Shown piece by piece: positions 9,083 through 17,995 of a stretch of 64,000 nt of DNA (its first letter is position 1; the number at the start of each line of letters is the position of its first letter). A program made the position numbers and the translations under genes. The notes beneath the pieces are model-generated. The model was given only the letters and a program-made list of their open reading frames with translations. It did no database searches and had not been told where the DNA came from. Source of the stretch: a virus (taxonomy: Duplodnaviria; Heunggongvirae; Uroviricota; Caudoviricetes); IMG/VR virus record IMGVR_UViG_2531839524_000004. One strand, written 5' to 3'.

Positions 9083-9865
9083 ATGAAAGAAGAAATTAAG
9101 AGATTAGCCTGCAACATCATTGATAAAACTGGTTTAGAAATCAGCGAGAGCAATCGGCTAGACATCATTGAAAAAGCCGTCAATACGGCAATGGATCATA
9201 TCGCCACTCGTTTGGTCGAGATCCCGCTACCGGGGCTACCTTATCTGAAGGTTAAGTTGCGCGTATGGGGCGAACCTGCACATGCACGACGTTCTGCATT
9301 AGTTGTTTTTGTACGCAAAGAAAACTTACGAACTCTAAAAGTGCAGGTTGGGGCGTGGTTTGATGGCAGAGTCATCTATACAGATACCATTATCTGTCCT
9401 CCAGGTGACGAACATATTGAAGCCGTCATTCGAGAATCAATTCGAGCTATGCGCAGTTTAGCTTTGCTGGAAGACAAGCAAAACTTTGAAGATTACTTGC
9501 TGTCGGTAAAAGCTGAACCAACATTGTCTCTGAAAGCCGATTTCGTCACCCCGACAAATCTGTTGGAGGTTTTGATTAATAAAGGGGCTAATGATGCTGT
9601 AAACCTAATCAGGGAAAGCGAATATTCGACTCTTTGCGACATGTGCAAAAGCCAGTTGGATCTGGTGCATATCGTTATTGATGCTGGGAAGGCATGTGAT
9701 GGCGTAATGGCTGAATTTGCTGGGAAGATGGTCAGGATTGCTAACGAATTACCGATGATAGAGCAAGAGGCCAAATCATACGCCACCAATCATGTCACAG
9801 AGCTTCTTGCCCCCTATCGCTTAGAAAGCGATCAGCGCAAGATGATTAGCTGGGGAAGTTGGTAA
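9083..9865 (+). CDS. hypothetical protein
   Basis: 260 aa ORF with AGGAG RBS. Confidence 0.5.
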   Translation: MKEEIKRLACNIIDKTGLEISESNRLDIIEKAVNTAMDHIATRLVEIPLPGLPYLKVKLRVWGEPAHARRSALVVFVRKENLRTLKVQVGAWFDGRVIYTDTIICPPGDEHIEAVIRESIRAMRSLALLEDKQNFEDYLLSVKAEPTLSLKADFVTPTNLLEVLINKGANDAVNLIRESEYSTLCDMCKSQLDLVHIVIDAGKACDGVMAEFAGKMVRIANELPMIEQEAKSYATNHVTELLAPYRLESDQRKMISWGSW

Positions 9866-9932
9866 GCTCTCTGTGTGTCGTTTTTTACGCAAATAATGAT
9901 AGGTAAGCACAAGATTATTTCTGGCGGTAATT

Positions 9933-10403
9933 GTGAAAGCTGATTTGTCAAAAATCCCTTCTATTTCAGGAAATAACGGTTATTCACTTCGTTGTGAGGA
10001 AGTAAAGATAAACGGTGAGTCGGCATATTGCAGCTATTCCGTTTGCCAGCACACCATTCTTGCCTTCAAAGAAAACCGTCTTCCTCGAACTTCTTTCCAG
10101 TCGTGCGCAACCGCTATCAAAGCAGGCAAATGCAAGGCGTTAAAAATGATGGTTGAAGAGATTCGTAAAGGAGAATCTCTGTATTTCGAAGATATGACCG
10201 CGCTCATTAAGGAGGTTGAAGAACGGAATAAACAAGCCAGAACTATAAAACGAAAACGTGACAGTGTAACGATTAATAGCATGGTTAAGAAGAGCACCAC
10301 ATCACAAACAGCGATCACTGACGTGTATGCGGCGTTGCTTGAAGAAACAACAAAAGAAACACATGAGCAAATCGATCAACATATGGAGGCAAAACAACAA
10401 TGA
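9933..10403 (+). CDS. hypothetical Cys-rich protein
   Basis: ORF overlapping ligase start; several N-terminal cysteines; start codon uncertain (GTG in track). Confidence 0.4.
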   Translation: MKADLSKIPSISGNNGYSLRCEEVKINGESAYCSYSVCQHTILAFKENRLPRTSFQSCATAIKAGKCKALKMMVEEIRKGESLYFEDMTALIKEVEERNKQARTIKRKRDSVTINSMVKKSTTSQTAITDVYAALLEETTKETHEQIDQHMEAKQQ

Positions 10404-11722
10404 AAAAGTTGATCGCACTTAAGCATAAGCTGGACGAAATGAAAGCTATGGGAACCAATGCAAAAAAAGAGGCATTGGCCAACATGGATGACTTCGAGCA
10501 AAGCATGGTTTCATTGATGCTCAACCCTTTCATCCGTTTTGGGGTAAAGAAATACAAAGTGGCAGAGCCGCTTAGTGAGTCCGTCCCAAGTGACGAAAAA
10601 GCCATTGATATACTGAATAAGCTGGCCTCTCGCGAGCTGACGGGGAACGCAGCAATAGCTGCTGTTGAGTCTATCGTGGCGTCAATGTGCGCCGATGGGC
10701 AGGACGTGTTCCGTCGTTTCCTCTTAAAAGATCCGAAAGCTGGCGTTGGGATTAGCCTATGTAACAAGGTTTTTGAAAATCCCATTCCGAAATTCGAGGT
10801 GCAGCTGGCGTCACCGTATAAAGAAAAAGGCGACAAATACCCCTTCAAGCCAAATCCTAAAGCCAAATGGCCGATGATTGGCAGTCTTAAGCTCGATGGT
10901 TTGCGAGTAATTTGCGAGGTTATTGTTGACGAGGAAGAGGTTAACTTCCTTTCTCGTACTGGTAATCCAATCACGTCTCTCGATCACCTAAAGCCAGCCA
11001 TGCTCGAATTAGGCAAACTTTCAGGCCACAAACACATCTTCTTCGATGGTGAAGGAACTGCCGGTTCATTTAACCAGTCCGTATCTGCATTGCGCAAAAA
11101 GAACGTGCAGGCAATTGGCGCTATTTATCATGTTTTCGACTTCTTCCTACCGGAATGGCGAGCACAGGCTAAATCCAAAGAGTATGCAAAGACAGGTATG
11201 AAGCTGAAAGAGCGCCTGGCTATGCTGGTGGCGTTGTTCAAAAACGATCGCAGTGAAGGCTACACACAAGACATTCACCTGCATCCGTTCTATATCATCC
11301 ATAGCCACGAAGACTTCATCGAACGCTTCATGAAACGCCTGGACGATAACGAAGAAGGGGAGATGGGCAAAGATCCGAACTCTGTTTACGAGTTTAAACG
11401 TACCCGCAGCTGGTGGAAGTTAAAAGACGAAGATTCAGAAGATGGTGAAATTATCGACTTTGAGCCGGGCGACCCGGACTCTGGTTTTGCCAACACACTT
11501 GGAAAAATTGTTATTCGTCTTGAAAACGGCGTCATCGTTCGTGCGAGCGGTATTAAGCATAAATATCTGGACGAGATCTGGAACAACAAAGAGAAGTACC
11601 GTGGTCGTATTGTTGAGGTTCATTGTCACGAGAAAACACCGGATGGCAGCTTACGCCACCCCCGACTGAAATGGCCGCGTTGCTTACGCGATACAGAAGA
11701 TCGAATCGGAGATAAAGAATGA
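10400..11722 (+). CDS. ATP-dependent DNA ligase
   Basis: Adenylation motif I KLDGLR (KxDGxR) in PMIGSLKLDGLRV; length about 440 aa. Confidence 0.8.
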   Translation: MKKLIALKHKLDEMKAMGTNAKKEALANMDDFEQSMVSLMLNPFIRFGVKKYKVAEPLSESVPSDEKAIDILNKLASRELTGNAAIAAVESIVASMCADGQDVFRRFLLKDPKAGVGISLCNKVFENPIPKFEVQLASPYKEKGDKYPFKPNPKAKWPMIGSLKLDGLRVICEVIVDEEEVNFLSRTGNPITSLDHLKPAMLELGKLSGHKHIFFDGEGTAGSFNQSVSALRKKNVQAIGAIYHVFDFFLPEWRAQAKSKEYAKTGMKLKERLAMLVALFKNDRSEGYTQDIHLHPFYIIHSHEDFIERFMKRLDDNEEGEMGKDPNSVYEFKRTRSWWKLKDEDSEDGEIIDFEPGDPDSGFANTLGKIVIRLENGVIVRASGIKHKYLDEIWNNKEKYRGRIVEVHCHEKTPDGSLRHPRLKWPRCLRDTEDRIGDKE

Positions 11723-11898
11723 TGCTCGGCTGGATGATTGCATTTTTAGCAGTTGGGTTTTTCATAGGTATTGTGGTGATGTCCAGTTGCATCAATGACT
11801 ACATTAAAAGCGGTGTTATAGAAAGACGCGGTCGTATTTATCGCATTGTAGAAATAACCAACACCCTGAAGGAGATTAAGGATGATCGTATTAAGTAA
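11719..11898 (+). CDS. small membrane protein (59 aa), first of tandem paralogs
   Basis: ATG overlaps ligase stop (ATGA); N-terminal TM helix then GRIYRIVE motif shared with 12094..12246; below the ORF-track size cutoff. Confidence 0.45.
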   Translation: MMLGWMIAFLAVGFFIGIVVMSSCINDYIKSGVIERRGRIYRIVEITNTLKEIKDDRIK

Positions 11899-12097
11899 AC
11901 GGGAGAAGGAAACGCTTCATGAAATCAGTAAGTGGCCGGAGTTCCCTGAGTACTGGAAGCCTAAAACGCGAGCTAAGTTAGAGCGTTTAGGGTTGGTTGC
12001 AAACGTTTCTGAAACGTGGTGTTCGGCCAACTACCAGTTAACTGATAAAGGGAAAGTATTGCTACAGCAATTAGTAGAATCAGGAGTGTTAAAATGA
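11882..12097 (+). CDS. hypothetical protein
   Basis: 71 aa ORF, translationally coupled to flanking small genes. Confidence 0.4.
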   Translation: MIVLSKREKETLHEISKWPEFPEYWKPKTRAKLERLGLVANVSETWCSANYQLTDKGKVLLQQLVESGVLK

Positions 12098-12246
12098 TTC
12101 CATACATCTCATTAGCTTTTATGGGTGGCTTCCTTATCGGCTTCGGCATCTGTCGTGATTTAATTAAGCAGGAACTTAAAACCAAAACACTGTGCATCGG
12201 AAAGCGTGTGTATCGGGTAGTTCATGAAACAAAGGTGAAAAAATGA
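12094..12246 (+). CDS. small membrane protein (50 aa), paralog of 11719..11898
   Basis: ATGA overlap with upstream stop; TM helix FMGGFLIGFGI then KRVYRVVHE; not in ORF track (under 60 aa). Confidence 0.45.
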   Translation: MIPYISLAFMGGFLIGFGICRDLIKQELKTKTLCIGKRVYRVVHETKVKK

Positions 12247-12533
12247 GCAATTTAACTTCTTGGGAATGGTGGTTGGCCACCTATTTCTTAGCGGCCGGAG
12301 TCGCATTCGCCTTTTACGTAGGTCAGTTAGTCGTAAAACTGTTGCTGATTAAATTTGCTAGTCATAAACGTATCGATGATGGTCTGTGGCGTCTTGGCAC
12401 CCTGGTGGAAACTCGCTACGGGCAACTTAAGGAGAACGAAACCATTACTATCCAAGCGAAACGATTCACTGCCACCATTACAAGAACACCTAGTCGTAGA
12501 GTGGCCTTGATCAAAAAAGTCACAACCGAATAA
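12243..12533 (+). CDS. small membrane protein (96 aa)
   Basis: ATGA overlap with upstream gene; N-terminal TM helix YFLAAGVAFAFYVGQLV. Confidence 0.45.
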   Translation: MSNLTSWEWWLATYFLAAGVAFAFYVGQLVVKLLLIKFASHKRIDDGLWRLGTLVETRYGQLKENETITIQAKRFTATITRTPSRRVALIKKVTTE

Positions 12534-13311
12534 AAACATATTGATAAGTATTTACTTACTTATCTTTTGTGTATAAGATGACTTTGTTTTCGTTGAGACG
12601 CGACTGTTTGAACTTAAATACAAGTGCAAACGAAGAAGTCTATCTGGCAGTAGCCTAATAAGCCAAACACCAGCGAGGTCAGTTTCCAGCCTCGTTACCG
12701 AAATGGGACACACTGAGCGAGTGGGATTGCAGAACGCAGGAGGGAACATTCATGTTCCCTCCGATGAAGTAACAGAATGGGCGGTTGGTATATTTTCAAC
12801 TCCATATGACTCCCGGATTCTTAGCCACTGACCGCCCATTCTGTTACGTCATTTTGTTCAATTATGTCGTTTATACTGGGTTAAAAAGCGGCGACGTAGC
12901 CCGGCTGGTATGGTTAGCCAGCACACAACGTTGAGGCCATTACATTTTTATCAATTCTAAGGTTCTATTCACAGAGATACCGGCGAGCGTTGATATGTAA
13001 CATGTTGGGCAAACATTCAATCGGAGTAGTGGCCTCAACGTTGTGAAGACGGGATTGTTGTGTAGGTTTAACCACTGTTGCCATTGGTGCCTGTTTTCAC
13101 AACAAATGATTCCATACATCACATTGTATAAATTACAAAGTAGGTGCTGTCCTCAGAAACATCATCTACTTAAAGATTTTGCCTTCTACTATTGAGCGAA
13201 GTCGAAAGCGTCTGGCACTAACGAAAAGTGCAAGTAGCGGTGCGTTTCCTGGCAGAAACTAAACCGTCGCGATTGGCACTGTTGAGTAATAAATACTGGC
13301 AGTGCTGAATT

Positions 13312-13386
13312 GATGGTGTAGCTCAGCGGTAGAGCAGTTGGCTGTTAACCAACTGGTCGGTGGTTCGAATCCACCCACCATCGCCA
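13312..13386 (+). tRNA. tRNA-Asn (anticodon GTT)
   Basis: Hand-folded cloverleaf: acceptor GATGGTG/CACCATC, anticodon loop CTGTTAA, T-loop TTCGAAT, encoded CCA. Confidence 0.85.
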
Positions 13387-13391
13387 ATTTA

Positions 13392-13478
13392 GGGGAGTTA
13401 GTCCGTAGAGGTAGCGGTGTAGACTGTAAATCTACTGTCATGGCGACTCGGGTGGTTCGACTCCATCACTCCCCACCA
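13392..13478 (+). tRNA. tRNA-Tyr (anticodon GTA), long variable arm
   Basis: Acceptor GGGGAGT/ACTCCCC, anticodon loop CTGTAAA, long variable arm, encoded CCA. Confidence 0.8.
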
Positions 13479-13482
13479 AATT

Positions 13483-13558
13483 GCCGGTTTAGCTCAGTTG
13501 GTAGAGCGCCTGCCTTGTAAGCAGGATGTCAGCGGTTCGAGTCCGTTAACCGGCACCA
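13483..13558 (+). tRNA. tRNA-Thr (anticodon TGT)
   Basis: Acceptor GCCGGTT/AACCGGC, D-arm GCTCAGTTGGTAGAGC, anticodon loop CTTGTAA, T-loop TTCGAGT, CCA. Confidence 0.85.
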
Positions 13559-13775
13559 ACACAACAGGAAAGAGCATTGAAACCCGCCGAGACTGCCCTG
13601 TTTTAAGCGTAAGTCCGTGCAAACGTCATACAGTGCTCTTTTCGTTGTGGTTGATGCGCAGACTGATGCGCGGAAAGAAATGCCCCAGCGACACACGAGG
13701 CGAGTTCACACACTGCAATGCAGTCAGTAGCCGGGGTCGCTAAGCCGGAGATCAGTACCGGTAACCACAACAATT

Positions 13776-13862
13776 GGAGAGTAGGGAGCATGGTGCTCAA
13801 GCGGTCTTGAAAACCGTCCCATTGTGCAAACGATGATGGTTCGATTCCATTACTCTCCGCCA
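13776..13862 (+). tRNA. tRNA-Ser (anticodon TGA), long variable arm
   Basis: Acceptor GGAGAGT/ACTCTCC, anticodon loop CTTGAAA, long variable arm, T-loop TTCGATT, CCA; D-arm pairing slightly irregular. Confidence 0.7.
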
Positions 13863-14016
13863 GACACAGCGTTGAGCGGTTTGGCCTTTTAATCAACTCG
13901 ATTAAGACTCCGCTAACATAAACCAGACCGCTCAACGCTGTGATAGATAATTACGGCAGACGTTCTTAACCATAGCTTGCTAACATCCTAGCAACACTTT
14001 TTTCAGCGCAAAATTC

Positions 14017-14041
14017 AAAGGGGCTTCGGCCCCTTTTTTGT
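14017..14041 (+). terminator. rho-independent terminator closing the tRNA cluster
   Basis: GGGGC-TTCG-GCCCC followed by TTTTTT. Confidence 0.8.
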
Positions 14042-14054
14042 TGAACAGTGCAAT

Positions 14055-15317
14055 TTACTTTGCATAGTCGCCCAATTTTAATATTTCGCGCTTATATTCA
14101 TTAACCATGCTACTGGATTCAGTATAAATTCGATTTAAAAGATTATCGTTATCTTTATTTTCATTTATCTTAATTAGTGCTAATTTATATTCATAGTCAT
14201 CAAATGCCACAATTAAATGGTGGCCTGGGATTATATCTTCGTCACTCTTAAAGTATATATCTTCAAGTATGTAATCTAGTTGATTAGATTTTCTTTTCTC
14301 GATGTAATCTTCAGCCATAGCTATTACATCATTCCTGTCATTTAACCTGTTTTTTTCGGAAGGCACATCTTCGTAATGTTGCACGATTGAACAACCAATA
14401 AGGCGTGGGATGTAAACGTCAAAATGAGTAACTCTATCATTCGCGGTTTTAAGTAGTTCCTCAAAGTAGTTTCTTACATGTAAAGGCAACTTCTCAAAGT
14501 AATCATTAATTATAGGAGAACAAGGAGTTTTATAATTCATAAGAACCGACGGTACGAGCTTTGGGTGTCGAAACATCCAGTCCCTTTTAACGTCCGATGG
14601 AACATAATAACTTTTAATGATATTATCAAAATAATTTATCATTCGAGATTTGAATATTTTGTTGAATCTAAGGTTTATGAATGTATCCAGATAAGGCATA
14701 TTTGAATAAGCATCATCAAAAAATATTTCATCATTGAAAAAATCATATTTATTCAATAAACAACACAGTTTTTCCGAATTAATATGTTCACAATAATCGA
14801 TTTTTAATCCAAAGATAGCAATGATCAACTTCATCTGAGGTGGGATTTTAAAAATTAATTGTGACACATACGCTCTTTTTTCCTTGAGACATTCCCCATC
14901 AATATAAAATGAACCATCCACATACTCAAATATATTAATAATATGCTTCACATACTGTATTACCTCATGCTGTCTTACCAATGGATAATATAGTCTATGT
15001 AACTCATCGCTGTTTAAATTAATTTTGTGTTTATCGATAATTTGTTTTGCAAGAAGACATAACTCATCATGTTGATTTAATAAGGAATCAAACCATTGTT
15101 TAAATGCACTCTTTCGCATTTCGAACAATGATTCAGTTGTTAATTGAAGGGCTGAAAAAGCTGCTTTTGCACTTTTTCTCGCTTCGTAGGCATTCCATGC
15201 TGTTGCTATAAAAGCAAATGCTGTAGCCAATGTTCCAACAGTTTGACCATTTAAAACAACCCAATCCCAAAAAATGACGGTGAGCAGTAGTATAATAATG
15301 AAAATTAAAAAAGGCAT
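14055..15317 (-). CDS. membrane-anchored hypothetical protein, strongly AT-rich accessory gene
   Basis: 420 aa; two N-terminal TM helices; base composition much more AT-rich than flanking genes; isolated on minus strand. Confidence 0.6.
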   Translation of the reverse strand: MPFLIFIIILLLTVIFWDWVVLNGQTVGTLATAFAFIATAWNAYEARKSAKAAFSALQLTTESLFEMRKSAFKQWFDSLLNQHDELCLLAKQIIDKHKINLNSDELHRLYYPLVRQHEVIQYVKHIINIFEYVDGSFYIDGECLKEKRAYVSQLIFKIPPQMKLIIAIFGLKIDYCEHINSEKLCCLLNKYDFFNDEIFFDDAYSNMPYLDTFINLRFNKIFKSRMINYFDNIIKSYYVPSDVKRDWMFRHPKLVPSVLMNYKTPCSPIINDYFEKLPLHVRNYFEELLKTANDRVTHFDVYIPRLIGCSIVQHYEDVPSEKNRLNDRNDVIAMAEDYIEKRKSNQLDYILEDIYFKSDEDIIPGHHLIVAFDDYEYKLALIKINENKDNDNLLNRIYTESSSMVNEYKREILKLGDYAK

Positions 15318-15491
15318 GTATGTATTTCACTCTACTAACTATAAAATATTAGGCTAATGTTAACCAAACAATGCCTTAATTAATAGATTGATCGAGGCTT
15401 TAATAGCTTTATAATGCAGACTGTAAAGATAAGTATGCACATACCTATCTTCTTTGTAAGTAAAGTTGCATATCAATTCTATGAGGTAACA

Positions 15492-15737
15492 ATGACGATC
15501 ACTATCTACGGACGAGATAACTGCTCATACTGCAAACGTGCGGTCGAGCTGGCGAAGCAACTAAAGGGACATGGCTACGGTGATTATGAGTACATCGACA
15601 TCACCACTGCCGGTATCGACAAGGAAAAACTAAGTGAAATTGTTGGTAAACCGGTAGAGACTATCCCCCAAGTGCTGATCGATGGCCAACCGATTGGCGG
15701 ATACACAGAACTGGCTGCATACGTCAGCACCCTCTGA
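15492..15737 (+). CDS. glutaredoxin/NrdH-like redoxin
   Basis: MTITIYGRDNCSYCKRA with CxxC active-site motif; GAGG RBS 4 nt upstream of ATG 15492. Confidence 0.7.
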   Translation: MTITIYGRDNCSYCKRAVELAKQLKGHGYGDYEYIDITTAGIDKEKLSEIVGKPVETIPQVLIDGQPIGGYTELAAYVSTL

Positions 15738-15741
15738 TTTT

Positions 15742-15766
15742 AACGGCTCACAGGAGCCGTTTTTAT
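15742..15766 (+). terminator. rho-independent terminator
   Basis: AACGGCTC-acag-GAGCCGTT followed by TTTATT. Confidence 0.65.
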
Positions 15767-15947
15767 TCCCACCAAACTCACTCCCGTTTCCCTTAAAATT
15801 CAAAAAACAACGTCAAAATGATTCCATACCTACTATGTATGGAATCATTACTGAAAATGAGTTACTTTGACTCTTGATCCTATAAGAATCTATGCCTAAT
15901 ATACTGTTTACTTATACAGTGAATCGGCGTAACTCGGTGATTGTCAT

Positions 15948-17051
15948 ATGAAAAATAGCTTTGACAGAGCACGCGCTGCGGAGAACACCTCAAAAGAGGC
16001 GATTGAGTATCTCGAAAGAGCATCTCAAATGCAGGCCGTTATGATCTCGCAGGTTAGCAATGATATGAGATTCTCGGACGCATTCATGTTATTTACTCGC
16101 TTATCTCTGCTGATAACAAGACGTCGGCCGGAGATCGCTGTTCATTGTATTTTGATACATGTTTTGCCGCACATTGCTGATGTAAAAGTAAGTGACATTA
16201 ATAGGTTCATGGTGAACCAACTGGTCAACCCCCTAATACTGGATGGCAAAATTGTTATGGGCCGCCGCGTTTTCTCTCTGATGAAGCAGTTCCTTAGCTG
16301 GTGTGCCTTCCAGGGGATGATCGACGTGTCACCGTTAAACGATATGTCACTAAACAAAGTTGCCGGTGGCGCAAAGCCCACGCCTCGCGAGCGGAAGCTA
16401 ACCGACGCAGAGGTATGGGTGTTCTGGAATATATGGGACTACTTCAATGTGTGCGCTGGTACAAAATGGGCGGCCAGGCTATGTCTTGTATCCGCAAGAC
16501 GACCTGACGAAGTACTGCGGGCTAAAAAAAGTGAGTTCAACCTCCAGCGTGGGGTTTGGAATCAAGGCAAGAGAAACAAATCAGCCCGTGAGCATTCTCT
16601 GCCTTTAAGCACATTAATGCGCACATGCATTGAAGAGTTATTCGAATATGGTAAAGGCAGCCAGTGGCTTGTGCCTTCGAATAAAAAAATCGGGAAAGAT
16701 CTTCCGATGTCTAAAGTGGCAATAGCCCAGGCATTACGCCGTATCCTGGAACGACCAGAACTGATGGAGCTTGAGCCATTTACACCACGAGATTTGCGTC
16801 GTACTGCGCGTAGTTACTTCCCAGCATTAGGCATAAGCCAGGAGGTATCACGTAAAATCATGAACCACAGTCTTGAGGGGATAGATCGGGTCTACGACCG
16901 GCACGATTATATGGACGAGATGCGAGACGCCTTAGAAAGTTTCTCGACGTACATCGCATCAATCGTAGAGCAACCGGATTTAGACGAAATTGACCACAAA
17001 TTCAAGGGAGATCGTCTATCGACAGAGCTTATTCGTGTAAATTTTTCATAG
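15948..17051 (+). CDS. tyrosine recombinase / phage-type integrase
   Basis: C-terminal catalytic region with DLRRT box and NHSLEG...RVYDRHDY (His and Tyr nucleophile); first His of HxLRR appears to be Arg. Confidence 0.65.
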   Translation: MKNSFDRARAAENTSKEAIEYLERASQMQAVMISQVSNDMRFSDAFMLFTRLSLLITRRRPEIAVHCILIHVLPHIADVKVSDINRFMVNQLVNPLILDGKIVMGRRVFSLMKQFLSWCAFQGMIDVSPLNDMSLNKVAGGAKPTPRERKLTDAEVWVFWNIWDYFNVCAGTKWAARLCLVSARRPDEVLRAKKSEFNLQRGVWNQGKRNKSAREHSLPLSTLMRTCIEELFEYGKGSQWLVPSNKKIGKDLPMSKVAIAQALRRILERPELMELEPFTPRDLRRTARSYFPALGISQEVSRKIMNHSLEGIDRVYDRHDYMDEMRDALESFSTYIASIVEQPDLDEIDHKFKGDRLSTELIRVNFS

Positions 17052-17432
17052 AGACTTTATGGCCTCAACAACCTTTTGTGATGCGCCTTTCTCTTTACCG
17101 AATCGCTCGTTATATGCAGCAAGAACCTGTTTTTCGTCCTCGTTAAGAGGAGCAGTGCCTTCTTTGTATAAAAATGCTGCGAGTTCGGGTTGGCGTTCTT
17201 CCAGCACCATCATCATAAGACGACTTGGCTCAATACCCAGTGCCAGCGCCAGCGGACGAACCTTATCGATAGGCAAAGGAATTTTGCCGCTTTTAATTAA
17301 AGAAAGGTTGTTGGCGTTTTTATACCCAATTGTTTTGGCTATCTGGGCCTGGCTCATAGGTGAGGATTCAATCAACCCTGCGATAAAAGCAGCGTAGCGA
17401 CTTTCTATAAATTCAATCTTGTTGTCAGACAT
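17046..17432 (-). CDS. XRE-family helix-turn-helix transcriptional regulator
   Basis: HTH signature SQAQIAKTIGYKNANNLSLIKSGK; convergent with and overlapping recombinase 3' end. Confidence 0.7.
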   Translation of the reverse strand: MSDNKIEFIESRYAAFIAGLIESSPMSQAQIAKTIGYKNANNLSLIKSGKIPLPIDKVRPLALALGIEPSRLMMMVLEERQPELAAFLYKEGTAPLNEDEKQVLAAYNERFGKEKGASQKVVEAIKSL

Positions 17433-17684
17433 TGTTACAACCTTTGCGCGTTCAATTCTCTCTGGTAAGTGCTTACCGATATTACATCAAAGGTTAGGGT
17501 TGTAAAGCTATTATCATTTTTTTCGATAGGCACTTAAAAGACCGGTTAAAGGCCATTGCACGGAGAAAAAATTAGCCCAAAACAGGTAAGAAAATTAACT
17601 TGCATCTAATATGGATGTATTCAGTATTGATATAAATTTTAGTAGTATTCCTTACAATAGTATAAGTAAGAATGGATTGATTGA

Positions 17685-17897
17685 ATGAACACCACTATTT
17701 CCAGCCTAATAGCTCTTGAGATCGGACACGTACAAAAATTAGCTGATGAGTGTGTAGCTGACATCCTCACCGAGCTACCGAATGAGCAGATTGAGGTTGG
17801 TGTGAATGACACAACTGGCTTTATATTCGAACTTAACAACAAACGCTTCACGCTTATCAATACCGGCTCCGGGTCTTTAGCCGTCAGAACCTGTTAA
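17685..17897 (+). CDS. hypothetical small protein
   Basis: 70 aa ORF divergent from HTH regulator across an AT-rich intergenic region. Confidence 0.3.
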   Translation: MNTTISSLIALEIGHVQKLADECVADILTELPNEQIEVGVNDTTGFIFELNNKRFTLINTGSGSLAVRTC

Positions 17898-17995
17898 TCC
17901 CTCTTCTACCTGCGCGAATGGCTTAGTTCCCTGTTCGCGCAGTGCTACATTAAACACACTAGTAAATAATTTGTTTTCATAACAAAGGATTAGCC

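Noticed and set aside
13559-13775. Additional tRNA between tRNA-Thr and tRNA-Ser
   Set aside because: Could not fold any segment into a cloverleaf with a matched acceptor stem and T-loop; left as unassigned structured spacer (see findings).
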